Source: Octopus vulgaris (taxonomy: Eukaryota). Taken from it: a DNA stretch of 64,000 nucleotides. The stretch covers positions 15,066,001-15,130,000 of the forward strand of contig OX597834.1 of NCBI GenBank assembly GCA_951406725.2. The letters run 5' to 3'. Under the pieces are notes generated by a model. The model was given only the letters and a program-made list of their open reading frames with translations. It made no database searches and was not told the origin of the DNA. This document shows, one piece after another, positions 1 through 14,510 of the stretch (position 1 is the stretch's first letter; each line of letters opens with the position of its first letter). The position numbers and the translations under genes were made by a program.

Positions 1-1342
1 TCAACATTTCTTCATTCAATCAGTGTATAACGAAATTGTTTTTTCTTGCTAACCCCTCTGAATTGCACGAAATTCTGGAAAAGAATTATTGGACATACCT
101 GACATGCATAAAAAATCACCTGAGATTTGTATTCTACTTATATTTACTGGTATTTGATTTTTTAAATATTTATAACCAAAGTCTTTTAATACCGAGTGCT
201 TTATTGATAACTGCCATATACATGTGTGTATGTATATAAAAATTTGATAGCAGCGCATTCCCAGCTTGTGTTGAAATAAACTAATTCGCTAATAAAATTA
301 TTATATTTAATTTGTTTTAATATAATGTAATATATTATCACTAATATTCTTTAATATTTTGGTATCAAAACATGTCATTAATTAATTAGAGGTGTTATGG
401 TAATGGTGATATTATATTATCTTGTGCGGTGTGGTTAGTAATGCTTTTCGACCATTCGGGCTACATCAACAAATTTACCACACAAGCTCTGTAATCAGTG
501 GTACTGTTTAACCCACTTCCTTTAAAATTCTTAGCTCTGCGCCTAAATCGGAAACCGTTCTTGGAAGAAGTCCCTCAAACTCAAGCATGCCGAACAATTC
601 GTAAAGATTCTAAGGCAGAGAACGTAAAATTGCGTGCTTCAAATTTTAGGGTACAAGTTGCTATGTCGTCATACAATAGAAAATTCTATAACTCGCAACT
701 GATGAGACATGCATAGGGTGCGAAATTTATAATATTTTTCGAATCAGAATCGCAAGTAATGGCAAATATGTGTTAGTCTGCCGAGGCAGCAAACTGTGTG
801 TTGACTAGTTTTATCAACTCGACTTGAAAATAAACGAGATTATATCATCATAGCACATAGACACGATGTTTGATATGCTAGAGGTTGCATTGCTTTTTGA
901 TTAAGAATTGGCGGGAAATATTATTTCATATGGTGTCTACCAATTACGGAATTGATTCAATTTTGTACCTTGAAGTTAATTGTTGAATATACACGTGATA
1001 AATAGAAGGTGTTTTACTTTACAATATATAACTCAAAACCTCTCAGTCTTTCTCTCCCGCATTCTCACTCTCTCCATCTCGCTCTCTCTACGCACAATAC
1101 ACGCAAACACACACATACACGCATATATACTTTTGCATTTAGAATTGTATATGCATATATATATATATATATATATGTGTGTATGTGTGTGTATGTGTGT
1201 GTGTATACACATATATATGCATAGAAAGATGTGTATGCATACACACACGCGCGCGTACACACATTTCTCTTTATAAGCATGTACGTGTGTATTATGTATG
1301 TATGTATAAAAGTACGTAGTTAGTATGCATATATACATATAT

Positions 1343-1426
<84 letters not shown>

Positions 1427-1695
1427 AGGCATAGCTGTTTTATGTAAAACAAACTAAGTTGCTGTGTACATATACTAATTCCTCCTGTTTACACTATCCA
1501 TTTTCTATGTTGACAGAAACGACGAAATGTTTACATATTTACATAGTCGTGTTCCCCCCCCCCATTTAGAATAACGAATAACTTCCATTGAGGGACACCT
1601 AATAAAAGATAACACAAACACAGAGTGATTTCAGGGCATATCAAACGAAATATCACGATACGATAAACGTGAAATCGATCATGTTCCAATAATAC

Positions 1696-1836
<141 letters not shown>

Positions 1837-1838
1837 TA

Positions 1839-1895
<57 letters not shown>

Positions 1896-3096
1896 TGTAA
1901 ATGATTCAGGAAACATACCTATGGTCAGGTATATATATATTTTCACTATGTGTGAATGTTTATTAGCGATGTGATATATTTATGTGAAATTTCATTATGA
2001 TTGGCCAACAGCTCTGTTTAAGCCCGCGGTTATAATTCTCCTTAATGTTGTGTCTCGGATTTATATAAACTTTTAATTGAATTTTCTCCGGTTAATCAAT
2101 TTATCTCAGGTGTGAGGAACAAATCGAATTCCTATACGAACACCTGCATTTTGCACACACACACGCATACACACACACACACGCACACACAGAGGCAGAC
2201 ACGTGTGCTCACAGACATACATATATGCACTCATGTATATATATACATATGTAGAGAGAGAGAGAGAGAAAGAGAGACAGACAGACTGACAGACTGACAG
2301 ACCTAGACACGTAAAGAAAACATACATGTGCGCGTATGAACGTATATCTATATGTGTATATGTGCATGTGTGTTTATAGTCGTATATATATATATACAAT
2401 CATATACACATGGAAATCCATATATACCTATATATATATATTTATTTATATATATATATTTATTTATGTGTGTGTGTGTGTGTGTGTCTGCAGGTGTATA
2501 TGTATGTGTAACTTTACTGATATTAAGTATAAGTATACACACATTTGTGTGTGTATTCATGTGAACATCAACATGTATATACATGCCTATGTATAAGTAT
2601 GCACCTATGTGAGTGCATGTTTGTATGCATATATTATCAGACCTTTATAATAACCACTAACGATATTGCAAAACACAACATGGCGATAGGAATACATATT
2701 CTTAATTCAAGAGTAATTCATCGAAAAGCTAACGGGAATGACTCTACATATACACATACACATCCACACGTATACATTTTGCCCCTTTCTAATCTGTTAA
2801 ATACCGTAAATATATTTTATCATGCATTACACTGTGTCTAATAAACCACACATATTCATACACATATGTGGTTGTGTGTGTGTGAGAGAAAGATTCCCAA
2901 CCAAATGCTTCCGTGTTCACTCCCACTGAATGGTACCTTGGGCAAGTGTCTTCTTGTATAGCCTCAGGCTTTTGGAGTGGATCTGGTAAAGAGTGGGTTT
3001 GAAAGAAGCCCGTTGTATATATATATATACACACACACACACATATATATATATATGTATACACTCGAGTAGATAGTTAGATAGATAGATAGATAG

Positions 3097-3143
<47 letters not shown>

Positions 3144-3194
3144 TAGATAGATAGAGAGAGAGAGAGAGTGAGAGAGATAGACATACAGACAGAC

Positions 3195-3272
<78 letters not shown>

Positions 3273-3970
3273 GATACGCATAATTAACACTAACGAAATT
3301 AACCGACATCGCTATCGTTGCAGACAGACTGTGAAATCAAAAGTTATTCTTAGAAAACCAGTGGAGGTTTTGGGCTACCTTGTCGTGGCTGCACTTGTAA
3401 TCTTTCTCGTATGCATATATACACACATGTATACAGATATATACCTAAGAACTATTGAATTTGCGCATGTATATTTTGTCTGTTTTTAATCTCTCAATAC
3501 ATGCAGGAAAATGTGACATCCACTCTGTTCCACTACCTTTGATTTTAATTAGAATAAAAGAACTTTGCCACATTGTTTTATGTAATATTTAACAATCAGT
3601 GCCGCTGTCTGTGTATGTGTTAAGAATTAACTAAAAATCGAACAAATTATGTCTGGAATTAGAATTACATTAAAGCAGCTAATTTTATTATATATATATA
3701 AAAAAAAAAATAATCGACAGTGGTTATTATCTATGTAATTGATTTGTAATGACTACCACAACGAAGAACGTCTATTTCAGTGTTGTCTCAATTTGGAAGT
3801 GATTAATGTCGAAGAATATATCTTTTGTGAGATTCCGCTGCATAATATTATGATGGTATAAAATTAAATAATGTAAAACATATAGGCAAAGTAATATAAT
3901 GAAGTCAGTTGCAGGTCTCGTCTCAGACTGAAAAATTAGATGTTGCAAACAACGTATATAATTATATTAA

Positions 3971-4077
<107 letters not shown>

Positions 4078-4120
4078 GTTATTATTATTATTATTATCAT
4101 CATCATCATCATCATCATCA

Positions 4121-4157
<37 letters not shown>

Positions 4158-4159
4158 AT

Positions 4160-4575
4160 GTTTAACTTTTGCTTTATATTTGTACAAGTTGGCTCCAAGT
4201 CTCATCCAGAGATCTCAAGAGACAACAGGTTGGAAGTTCATGTTGTTGATATGCTTAGTGTGCCATATATTTTTTTGGGGGGTGTTGTACTAGTGAATGT
4301 CCAAAAAACAAAAAAAAACAAAATAAAGTATGTATGTTATTATTCTTATTATTATTATTATTATTATTCTATGTTTGACTTTTGCTTTACATTTGTAGGA
4401 GTTGGCTCCAAGTCTCACCCAGAAACCTCAAGAGACAGCAAGTTGGAAGTTCATGTTGGTGTTATGTCTAGGGTGCCATATATTTGGTTTTGTACTTAGT
4501 GTTGTACTAGTGAATGTCTAAAAAAACATACGAAAATTATGTTTGTTTGTTTGTTTTAAAACTTGAGATTACATA
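4160..4575 (-). mobile_element. Two tandem 3'-end fragments of an (AAT)n-associated LINE (R4/Dong-like); third copy at 20448-20640
   Basis: Unit ...CTCTTGAGGTTTCTGGGTGAGACTTGGAGCCAAC...AAAGCAAAAGTCAAA-(AAT)n, with each copy flanked by (AAT)n. Clade assignment is inferred from the target preference of Dong elements. Confidence 0.55.
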
Positions 4576-4834
4576 GAAAAAAAATTATGTATTATTATTA
4601 TTATTATTAAAGACGGCGCACAGTATCGAATATCATGCAGTTGATTGAAGATATTGTATCTACCGAGGGTTTGTACTGTCTGTCAAATAACAAATAACGA
4701 TATCACACAGGCAGTAATTTATGCAATATCTGTGCAGTTCCAAGTAATGCCAACTTTTGCAATACGCCTAGATTGTAGGACATTTCTAAAGTTTCCAGAT
4801 GTTTCTTCAGGTTGGGTGGTATTGATCTCAAGGC

Positions 4835-5037
4835 TCCGATGACAATGGGGTCATCCTTTATATCTGAATATTATTTACATTTGACGAATATCTGTCCTCA
4901 TCTTGTTTGCTGTTAACACAACGTTTTGGCTGATATAACCTCCTTGTTTGTTATGTTAACAACAAACAATATGAGGGCAGATATCCGTCAAATGTAAATA
5001 ATGTTCAAATATAAAGGATGACCCCGTTGTCATCGGA
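4835..5037. repeat. Inverted repeat, 84-bp arms, 35-bp spacer
   Basis: 4835-4918 matches the reverse complement of 4954-5037. Confidence 0.95.
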
Positions 5038-5206
5038 AAACCTATTTGCAACTACGGAATCAGTTCCACAACGCGGAATCTTGGGAAAGTGATTTTAGAT
5101 ATAGTTCTGGGCCCATTGATATCTTGTGAGCGGGTTTGGTACAGAAAGACTGTGTGGAAGCCCATCGGGTAAATACCTATGCAAGTACATATGTATATGT
5201 GTGAAT

Positions 5207-5237
<31 letters not shown>

Positions 5238-5383
5238 TATATATATATATATACATACACATATACACACACGTGTATGTATGCATGTGTCCATGTATCT
5301 ATGTATGTACAAATAGGTAGAGACAGAGGGGTATATATTTAACTTGCTAGAGAGATAGATAGGTAGGTAGGTAGGTAGGTAGG

Positions 5384-5538
<155 letters not shown>

Positions 5539-6063
5539 GTTGTTCTGACGCAATATATATAGAATAACCGCTAGTACATTATACAACAACTACAATTCCA
5601 ACCAATCAATCATTAATTAGTCAGTGATTGATTGATTGGAAGCAAAAAAGTCAGTCCTTTTTGCTTTTCCTTAATCCCCTGATTTTAACTGACTGATTGA
5701 TCTTAAACCTCGGTGTCGCTAATTATATAATTATACATACAGCATATTATACACACACTAAGTAGAAAGCTGGATCTGGCATTGGATATACAAACTCATC
5801 ACGTGTTTCACATGTGACAATATATATTTATAAAACGCCGCCTCAGTATATTAATTTAAAATGTTCGCACAAGTTCGGCAGCTTCTAAGGAGGACGTAAG
5901 TCGATTATATCGACCCCAGTACAACACCGTTACCCTAAGAGGTACTTATTCCATCCAGCCGAAAGGATGAAAAGGTAACATCAACTACGGCGATGATTAT
6001 GATAATGATGATAGAGTTGATGAGTATTGTCACGAATACAGCAACGACTACGACGACGATGAC

Positions 6064-6114
<51 letters not shown>

Positions 6115-6604
6115 ATCTGTGATGGTTATTAGCAATAAATCTAAGAAAACAAACATACTAAAAGAGCAATCGCCATCAAGAGTAAATATATAAATATATG
6201 ATAGAGTAAATATAAAATTAAATAGTTAAGTAATTAGATAAACAAACGTACGAGTAAATAAACAAGACACGGGGAAAATTATTTGATGTAATTGTTTCAT
6301 GTCATTTTTTAATGATTGACAGGGAACATACGGGTACTGGGATGGCATCGGTGTGAAATTATAGAAACGAGTGTACTTACAGCATAAAATGTAGTCAGAG
6401 TATCTATGCATACAACCATACACACACATACACATACACATATCAGTATATATATGTATATACATACATATATATATAGAGAGAGAAAGAGATAGATACA
6501 AACATATATATATATATATACATATATATCTATATACACTCATATTTTTGTGTATCTATATGTGTTTAGATATTTATGTGGGTATATATATATACCCATA
6601 TAGA

Positions 6605-6753
6605 TATGTGGTAAGTAGCTTGCTTACCATCCACATGGTTCTGGATTCAGTTCTACTGTGTGGCAACTTGGCCAAGTGACTTCTACTATAGTTTCGGGCC
6701 GATAAAAACCTTATGAATAGATTTGGTAGACGGAAACTGAAAGAGGGCCCGTC

Positions 6754-6844
<91 letters not shown>

Positions 6845-7180
6845 CTCCTTGTAGGCAATAAAGAAATATATATAAATATATATATATGTTTCTATGTCTG
6901 TATTTGTCCCCCCCAGCATCACTTGACAACCGATGCTGGTGTGTTTACGTCCTTGTAACATAGCGGTTCAGCGAGAGAGGCCGATAGAATAAGTACTAGG
7001 CTTATAAAGAATAAGGTCTCGGGTCGATTTGTTCGGCCAAAAGGCTGTGTATATATATACGACGGGCTTCTTTCAGTTTCCGTCAACCAAATCCACTCAT
7101 AAGGCTTTTGTCGGCTCGAGACTATAGTCTCCAGCATGGCCGCAGTCAAATAACTGAAACAAAGACAGGAATAAAAGAAT
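6605..7180 (+). mobile_element. Family A SINE with internal inverted self-fragment
   Basis: Colinear with family A; 7048-7127 is the reverse complement of 6686-6765. Confidence 0.85.
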
Positions 7181-7202
7181 ATGTATATATATATATATAT
7201 AT

Positions 7203-7237
<35 letters not shown>

Positions 7238-7260
7238 TAGATATAGATATAGATATATAG

Positions 7261-7393
<133 letters not shown>

Positions 7394-7534
7394 ATATATT
7401 TATATATTTTTTCATTTTCTCATTTCATTAAAATTTTCTTTCAATCGAGCATTCTGCATTTTTACAATTTTTCCTTGCCTATATATACATATATATAGAT
7501 ATACATATATACATATACATATACATATATATAC

Positions 7535-7589
<55 letters not shown>

Positions 7590-7919
7590 CATGTACACAC
7601 ATACATATACACATTTATATATATTTAAACACAAAGAAATCGGCGGCCAAATGACAACAAACGAATAACTACTTTTCATATCAAAATCTTTTTAGCAAAA
7701 CCAAAACCCGACCGCTTCGTCACAAAGAAAAAAAAGCGCAACGAAATAAATGTTGTCTATTTCAATTTGAAATTGAATTAATTGTCATTAACTGACATTA
7801 AAATTTAATATAACTGTCAACATGGGAAAATTGTATTTTCATTTGATTTGTGTTTGAGGTTCTTCCATTTTGCCTCGTTTATTTGTCCATTTTTTACTAT
7901 AACTATTACAAGTATTTGT

Positions 7920-8004
7920 ATTATAATTATTATTATTATTATTATTGTTGTTGTTATCATTATTATTGATATTATTATTATTGTTATTGTTATTATTATT
8001 ATTA

Positions 8005-8086
<82 letters not shown>

Positions 8087-8296
8087 CATTATTATCATTA
8101 CTATTGTTATCATTATTATTATTAAATTATTGTTATTATTATTTTCGTTATTATTGTTATTGTTATTCTCATTTTTATTCTTATTTTTGATTTATGTTAA
8201 CATTATTATCGCAATCACCATTATTATTATGGCTATTGTTATTGATAGTATTTTTATTTTTATTATTACTGTCTTTATTCTATCGTCCTTATTATA

Positions 8297-8360
<64 letters not shown>

Positions 8361-8364
8361 GTTA

Positions 8365-8395
<31 letters not shown>

Positions 8396-8525
8396 CATTA
8401 TTATTATTATCATTCTCATTATTATTATTATTATTTTTATTATTAATATTATAGTTATTATTATTATTATTACTACTACTATTACTATTATTATTATTAT
8501 TATTGTTATTATTATTATCATTATT
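7920..8525. repeat. Degenerate (ATT)n tract; similar tracts at 3960-4156, 15492-15853, 20280-20440, 46030-46411 and 51855-52108
   Basis: Directly visible. Confidence 0.95.
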
Positions 8526-9346
8526 ACATGCGTAGTGTAGTTCTGTCAACATGAGTAGTTGTAATTTTTTTTTTCGTTTCTTCGCTTTACGTTTTGGTTC
8601 AAATACATTTTTTTAATTATTTTATATCTTTAGTTTTGTGTAGTGTGTGCGTTGTATGTTTTGTTTTGATGTAATATTTCCGTTGTTCGGTTTTTTTTTA
8701 TCAAACTTTTGTTTGTCTTCTTTTGTATCATGTATTAATATTTCTACCTGCCTGTGCATTTTCATTTATTCATTTATCCATTTATTTTGCGATTTGGTGC
8801 GATTTTAGCAAGATTTTCAATTATTAAGGAATGAGAAAACATGGCTGCTTAAGTTCACAGAAAAATGTTATAAACGCTGCACTAAATAACTTAAATGAAC
8901 CAGCAAAGCAGCTGACTGTAGTTTTATGTATTTTCGTGAAATGCTAACAATAGCATCCAAATTTCCCTCAAATGTCACAGGACATAAGTGTCATATAAAG
9001 GAATGGGCACCTGATTTCATTCATTTGTGGTTAAATCAATCTAGAATGTTCCCTTGGGATTGTTTGTTGTAGATGCTACTAGAATCTATTGGCATTCAGA
9101 TATTCAAGATTGACAGTGAGTATTGGAAATCGTAGTCAAATTACTTTTCAGTAATTATTCTACACCAGAAAGCATTGACACAGATTCGATACCGTAATCC
9201 TGGTTACCGTAAGCTTGAACAACTTGAGATTATTCTTGAAAGTCTTTAAAAACCGTATGAGAGTCACGACTGTGTCTTTTCTGGTCATAATTCAGATTGA
9301 TTAAACTTAATCATCAACATCGTCCGTCACTTGACTCAGCTATACC

Positions 9347-9578
9347 TATTTCTTTATTACCCACAAGGGGCTAAACATAGAGGGGACAAACAAGGACAGA
9401 CATAGGTATTAAGTCGATTATATCGACCCCAGTGCGAAACTGGTACTTAATTTATCGACCCCGAAAGGATGAAAGGCAAAGTCGACCTCGGCGGAATTTG
9501 AACTCACAACGTAACGACAGACGAAATACCGCTAAGCATTTCGCCCGGCGTGCTAACGTTTCTGCCAGCTCTCTGCCT
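9347..9578 (-). mobile_element. tRNA-derived SINE, family B (Nin-like central domain), Tx1-type tail, with 17-bp TSD
   Basis: A-box-like GAGCTGGCAGAA, B-box GAGTTCAAATTCC and core GCCTTTCATCCTTTCGGGGTCGATAAATTAAGTACCAG. TSD CTTGACTCAGCTATACC at 9330-9346 and 9577-9593. Confidence 0.9.
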
Positions 9579-9749
9579 TGACTCAGCTATACCGCAGCAC
9601 AGAAAATGCAACTAAGTCACTGATTGTGCTATTAACTACATGTATATCTTCCCTAGATCAGAGGATAAATGGAAGCTAAGATCTATTTCGTTAAGGTCTC
9701 TTATTAGCTTAAACTGCAAATGGGAAGACACAATTTTCCAGAAGATAGT

Positions 9750-10427
9750 TCCATTTCGTTTTTCAGCATCATAGCTCTACAGACAATAAATGTGAAGAAA
9801 GGAGAAAGAAAGAGCATTTCACAAATTTATGTGAATCATATAAACACGTAGCAGATAACGTAAGGCTCCTAAACAGCCACAGGGACTATATGATAATGAC
9901 ACTAAATTGCACCAACCGCCAAGATGATGACTGTATTACAGCATTGTGGAAAGACTGTTTCTTCTAAACACCCGAAACAAGCAAGGAAAAGTAAAATACT
10001 CCTATACACTGAAATATGTGAAGTTTTAGTAGATATATCGGATTCGCCAGGACAGCTTTCCAGCGACGCTTTTGCAAGCACCAGCGTCCCAGGAAGACGT
10101 TTTGTCACGTCCCTGGCCAGCCATGTGTGGCACCTTAAAGATCAAGTGATCATACATGTTATCAGGAGGAAGATCATTGAACATCTAGGCTCATTTATTA
10201 ATGGGAGCGGGGGCTGCAAAATCTGCATCGCAGAGAGAACCAAAGTTCTTTAAGATTGTGCTAAGATTAGCGCGTTAAATAATTATAAGAGATTTTCTCA
10301 AAATTTGTTCATTTCAAGCGCTACCTACTGGAAAATTTTGTCTTCCCATTTGCTGTTTAAGCTAATAAGAGACCTTGACGAAATATATCTTAGCTTCCAT
10401 TTATCCTCTGATCTAGGGGAGATATAC
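9750..10427 (+). mobile_element. Decayed Penelope-like element (GIY-YIG endonuclease C-terminal remnant plus 3' region)
   Basis: ORF 9924-10253 ends TSLASHVWHLKDQ...KIIE...NGSGGCKICIAERTKVL, matching the Penelope GIY-YIG pattern T.LS.HIW.LKD...W.I...C.LC..EK..I. The left boundary is approximate. Confidence 0.7.
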
Positions 10428-10678
10428 CCGGCCTGAACTTTTTTCTGTTAGCCGTTTGTTTGACATTTTTGTCCTTGCGTTTCTCCGCCTCCGTGAGGTG
10501 GAAAGTGAAATTTGATTTTTGTATAGTCTGAAAAGCTGTCCACAAGTGTGTAGCTTTCGTGGACAGGAAACCATTGGTCACTCTATGACTAGACGGTAAA
10601 TTTATGTTTCAAAACTTACTGCATTATTCTTTAGAGTATGTATTTTTATATTCTGATACATGCTATATTGACAATCAA

Positions 10679-10709
<31 letters not shown>

Positions 10710-10713
10710 AACG

Positions 10714-10788
<75 letters not shown>

Positions 10789-11671
10789 CATATATTTATA
10801 TATAGGTATATGTGTGTATACGACTGTTTTCTACGCAGTTCCCGTCAACGAAAGTAACTCACAAAGTATTGATTAACTCGGAATTATAGCAGAAATATTT
10901 TCCCAGATATACACAACCAACCCTGTCCCGATGATATATGCACTATAATTGTTCAGATAGACGCTTATATGTTATGACTACAAACGTGCCTCCGTGGGAC
11001 GTACTAGACTCATACCAAAGATATTCCATGACAGAGTCCACACGGTGCTATTCAACGAAAATAACAGCAACAACTACAACAACAACAACAACAACAATGC
11101 CGTTATGTTTCTGAATGCACCCAGGTACAATAAGTAGAAGAGTCTAACAAACAGAAAAATAGATTCTATCTTCACAGCTGCAAATATCAAAAACTGTAGT
11201 AAGTATCATCAGTATTTATATCATTTCGAAACATATTTTACTTCCCTTTGTCGCTTTGATATTCGACCACGCGTATGATAATATGTATAAAGGGCTTTAC
11301 AAACGAAATTATAAACCGTATCATGATGGCGGTTTATCTAAACTTGGATCTTAAATTCGAATCCAGTGCAAAAATGTTTTTCTGCAATTCTCAGCAAAGT
11401 ATTCTGACATTGTATTGTAGATTACCTCAGTGAATATCAATAACCGATCACCGAGTGAAGTTCTATACTTTGCCACAGATATCTATATGACACTGTTTAT
11501 CGATGCTGAAGCAGAACTTGATATTACATACAAATATCATCATACATTGCAAAGACAGTCTTTTTTTTTCTCGTTGAAGTCGATATAATATTTACATACA
11601 ATATATAATATTATAACCGATAGTGTCAGGTGCATCGGCAACTAGATAACGAAGAATTATAGGACATACTG

Positions 11672-11757
<86 letters not shown>

Positions 11758-12028
11758 GTATATATATATATACATATAGGTAAATGTATGTATTTATATA
11801 TCATTACGTATATTTCTCCGGCTGTGTAAAAGAAAATTGTTAGATGTCACTCAACTTGTGACTTTGTATGGCTTGTTCATCATATAATTTTTTTTATTAT
11901 TATCGATCGAAACACACGCCCGGATACGTAAACACGCACAGATACACGTAAGATAAAAGAGCACAGGCGTGATACGTGTAGGTATATGTGTACTCACATA
12001 CACGCGAGCCTTTATATGTATATCTACA

Positions 12029-12065
<37 letters not shown>

Positions 12066-12240
12066 TTATATATATATATATATTATATATATACATATAT
12101 ATATACATATATATATATGTGTGTATGTATATATATGTATATATATATATGTGTGTGTGTATATATATCTGTATGTATATATATTCGTGTGTATCTGTTA
12201 GACAACAGTATATTTATAACATATATATATATACACACAT

Positions 12241-12287
<47 letters not shown>

Positions 12288-12945
12288 TACATGTATATCT
12301 ATATGTGTGTGTATTTAAATACTCACATACCTACATATATATATATATGCTTGTATATACACATATATATTTATAAGTGAATATATAAATAAATGTATAA
12401 ATGTCTGTGTATATATATATATATATATATATGTGCGTGTGTATATATATATACGCCCGAATAAATATCATTCTTTCCCCTACGCATACACACATACACA
12501 TATACACACACACACACAAACACACACACCCTTATTTCGCTTTCAAGTGTAGATTTCAGCCCCAGGCTGTCTTATCATATTTAGTGCAGAGATGTCACTG
12601 AAAAGTCTACTATTTGCTTTATGATCATCGACCGAACTACTAAAATTTCGAATGGGTCATTAATCAGCGAATAGACGTATTTGTTTTAATACTTATTGAC
12701 TCACCAACGCTACAGTATTACCAACACTATCACTGCCACTAACGCCACCATTAATACTAGCATTATTTTGACTACTGCTACTACTACTACTACTACTACT
12801 ACTACTATTACTACAACCATACGACTTCTTAGTTTAGACTTGCGAATGAGATGGAGGTGAGGAGACACAAATGGAGACAGGGTCAAAGAAATATATGTGT
12901 ATGTGTGTGTGTGTTTGTGTGTGTGTGTATATATGTGTATGTATA

Positions 12946-12995
<50 letters not shown>

Positions 12996-13147
12996 CATAT
13001 ATATACATATATATACATACATATATACAGGGAGAGAGTAAGAGCGAGATGTATGTGTATGTATATATGTATATATGTATAAGTATATGTATATATGTAT
13101 ATGTATATATGTATATGTATATATATATATATACATATATATATATG

Positions 13148-13230
<83 letters not shown>

Positions 13231-13377
13231 TTATATATATATATAATTATATACAAAATAGTGAAAGAGAGACAGGTAGGAATAGACATGTGAATCTATA
13301 TGAAAAGACCTCGTTGAAAATACAGACATACATTCATATATATACATGTCTGTTTACATATATATGCATATATATGC

Positions 13378-13409
<32 letters not shown>

Positions 13410-13777
13410 GTATGTATATGTGTGTATATATATATATTAGTTATATATATATAAATATATATCCATATATGTATTTATATCTATGTGTGTGTGTATGTAT
13501 GTATATATGCATAAAGAGAAAGGTAGATAGACTAACAAACGGACGGACAGACATTTAGATAGCATGAATTGTGCATTGTTTTATCTGCGATGATCTCTGA
13601 TTTAGATTTCTATCCTTACGGTACGATCAGACATGATTATAGCACTGGCTTCCTATTGAATTCTTGAACATTCTCCGTGACTAAATAACTAACACAAAAA
13701 CACTAAAATGACTTCAGTATATCGATCGTATATTTCATACATCCATATCGATACATTACGATTTGTCTTGTGTCGCG

Positions 13778-13864
<87 letters not shown>

Positions 13865-14069
13865 TATATATCAAAATAAGCAGCAAGGATGTCCAGAGGT
13901 AATGCATACGAACGGTTCATGCCATTGCATGAAACGATCGTACTGCATTACCTCTATATATCCTTGCCGCTTATTTTGATTTAAGCACTCTATTTGGAAA
14001 TTGTATAGATTATAACGAACTCAATTATTGTGCCTCAACTTAAGTGCCGTATTCATCTGAATCTATCTA

Positions 14070-14117
<48 letters not shown>

Positions 14118-14123
<6 letters not shown>

Positions 14124-14287
14124 TAATCCAAACAAGAAAGCACAAAAAAACACAGCAACGCGAGGACGTGGAGCAAATATAGTATTGTTGGACGCTCAGG
14201 AAAGAAGGAGGCTTTAACATTTCGAGCGGAGCTCTTCGTCGGAAACATAGGAGAAGGAAAGATCCAGAGAAGGGAAGGCAGAGGAAA

Positions 14288-14290
<3 letters not shown>
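14118..14290 (-). mobile_element. Short Penelope-type (pLTR-like) repeat P1 with minimal hammerhead motif
   Basis: Minus strand 14246-14213 reads GTTT-CCGACGA-A-GAGC-TCC-GCTC-GAAA-TGT-T-AAA. Flanked by (TA)n. The 3' half recurs at 58566-58660 (+). Confidence 0.6.
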
Positions 14291-14318
<28 letters not shown>

Positions 14319-14319
14319 G

Positions 14320-14510
14320 TTTCAATTTACAAAAAAACAAAAGACGAAGACTGGTATGTAAACAACAAACAGGTGTATTAGTTTGACGCTAGCGAAGGTG
14401 AGAAACTCATTTACGTTTCAAGCTTACGTTCTTCAACATAAGGGAACACTAGAAAATAAACAGAGAGAGAATAAAAAAGCTTCAGTGGCCATCTGTTGAT
14501 CATGGCAATG
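14320..14510 (-). mobile_element. Short Penelope-type repeat P2 with degenerate hammerhead motif
   Basis: Minus strand reads TATGTTGA-A-GAAC-GTAA-GCTT-GAAA-CGT-A; homologous to 58376-58555. Confidence 0.55.

Noticed and set aside
493-504. 12-nt match to the reverse complement of a lophotrochozoan miRNA (miR-1992, as recalled); also miR-1-like TGGAATGTAA at 59650
   Set aside because: Only partial matches, with no precursor hairpin.
699-735. CTGATGA...GAAA hammerhead-like string
   Set aside because: Stem II does not start directly after the core, and no stem I/III pairing was found.
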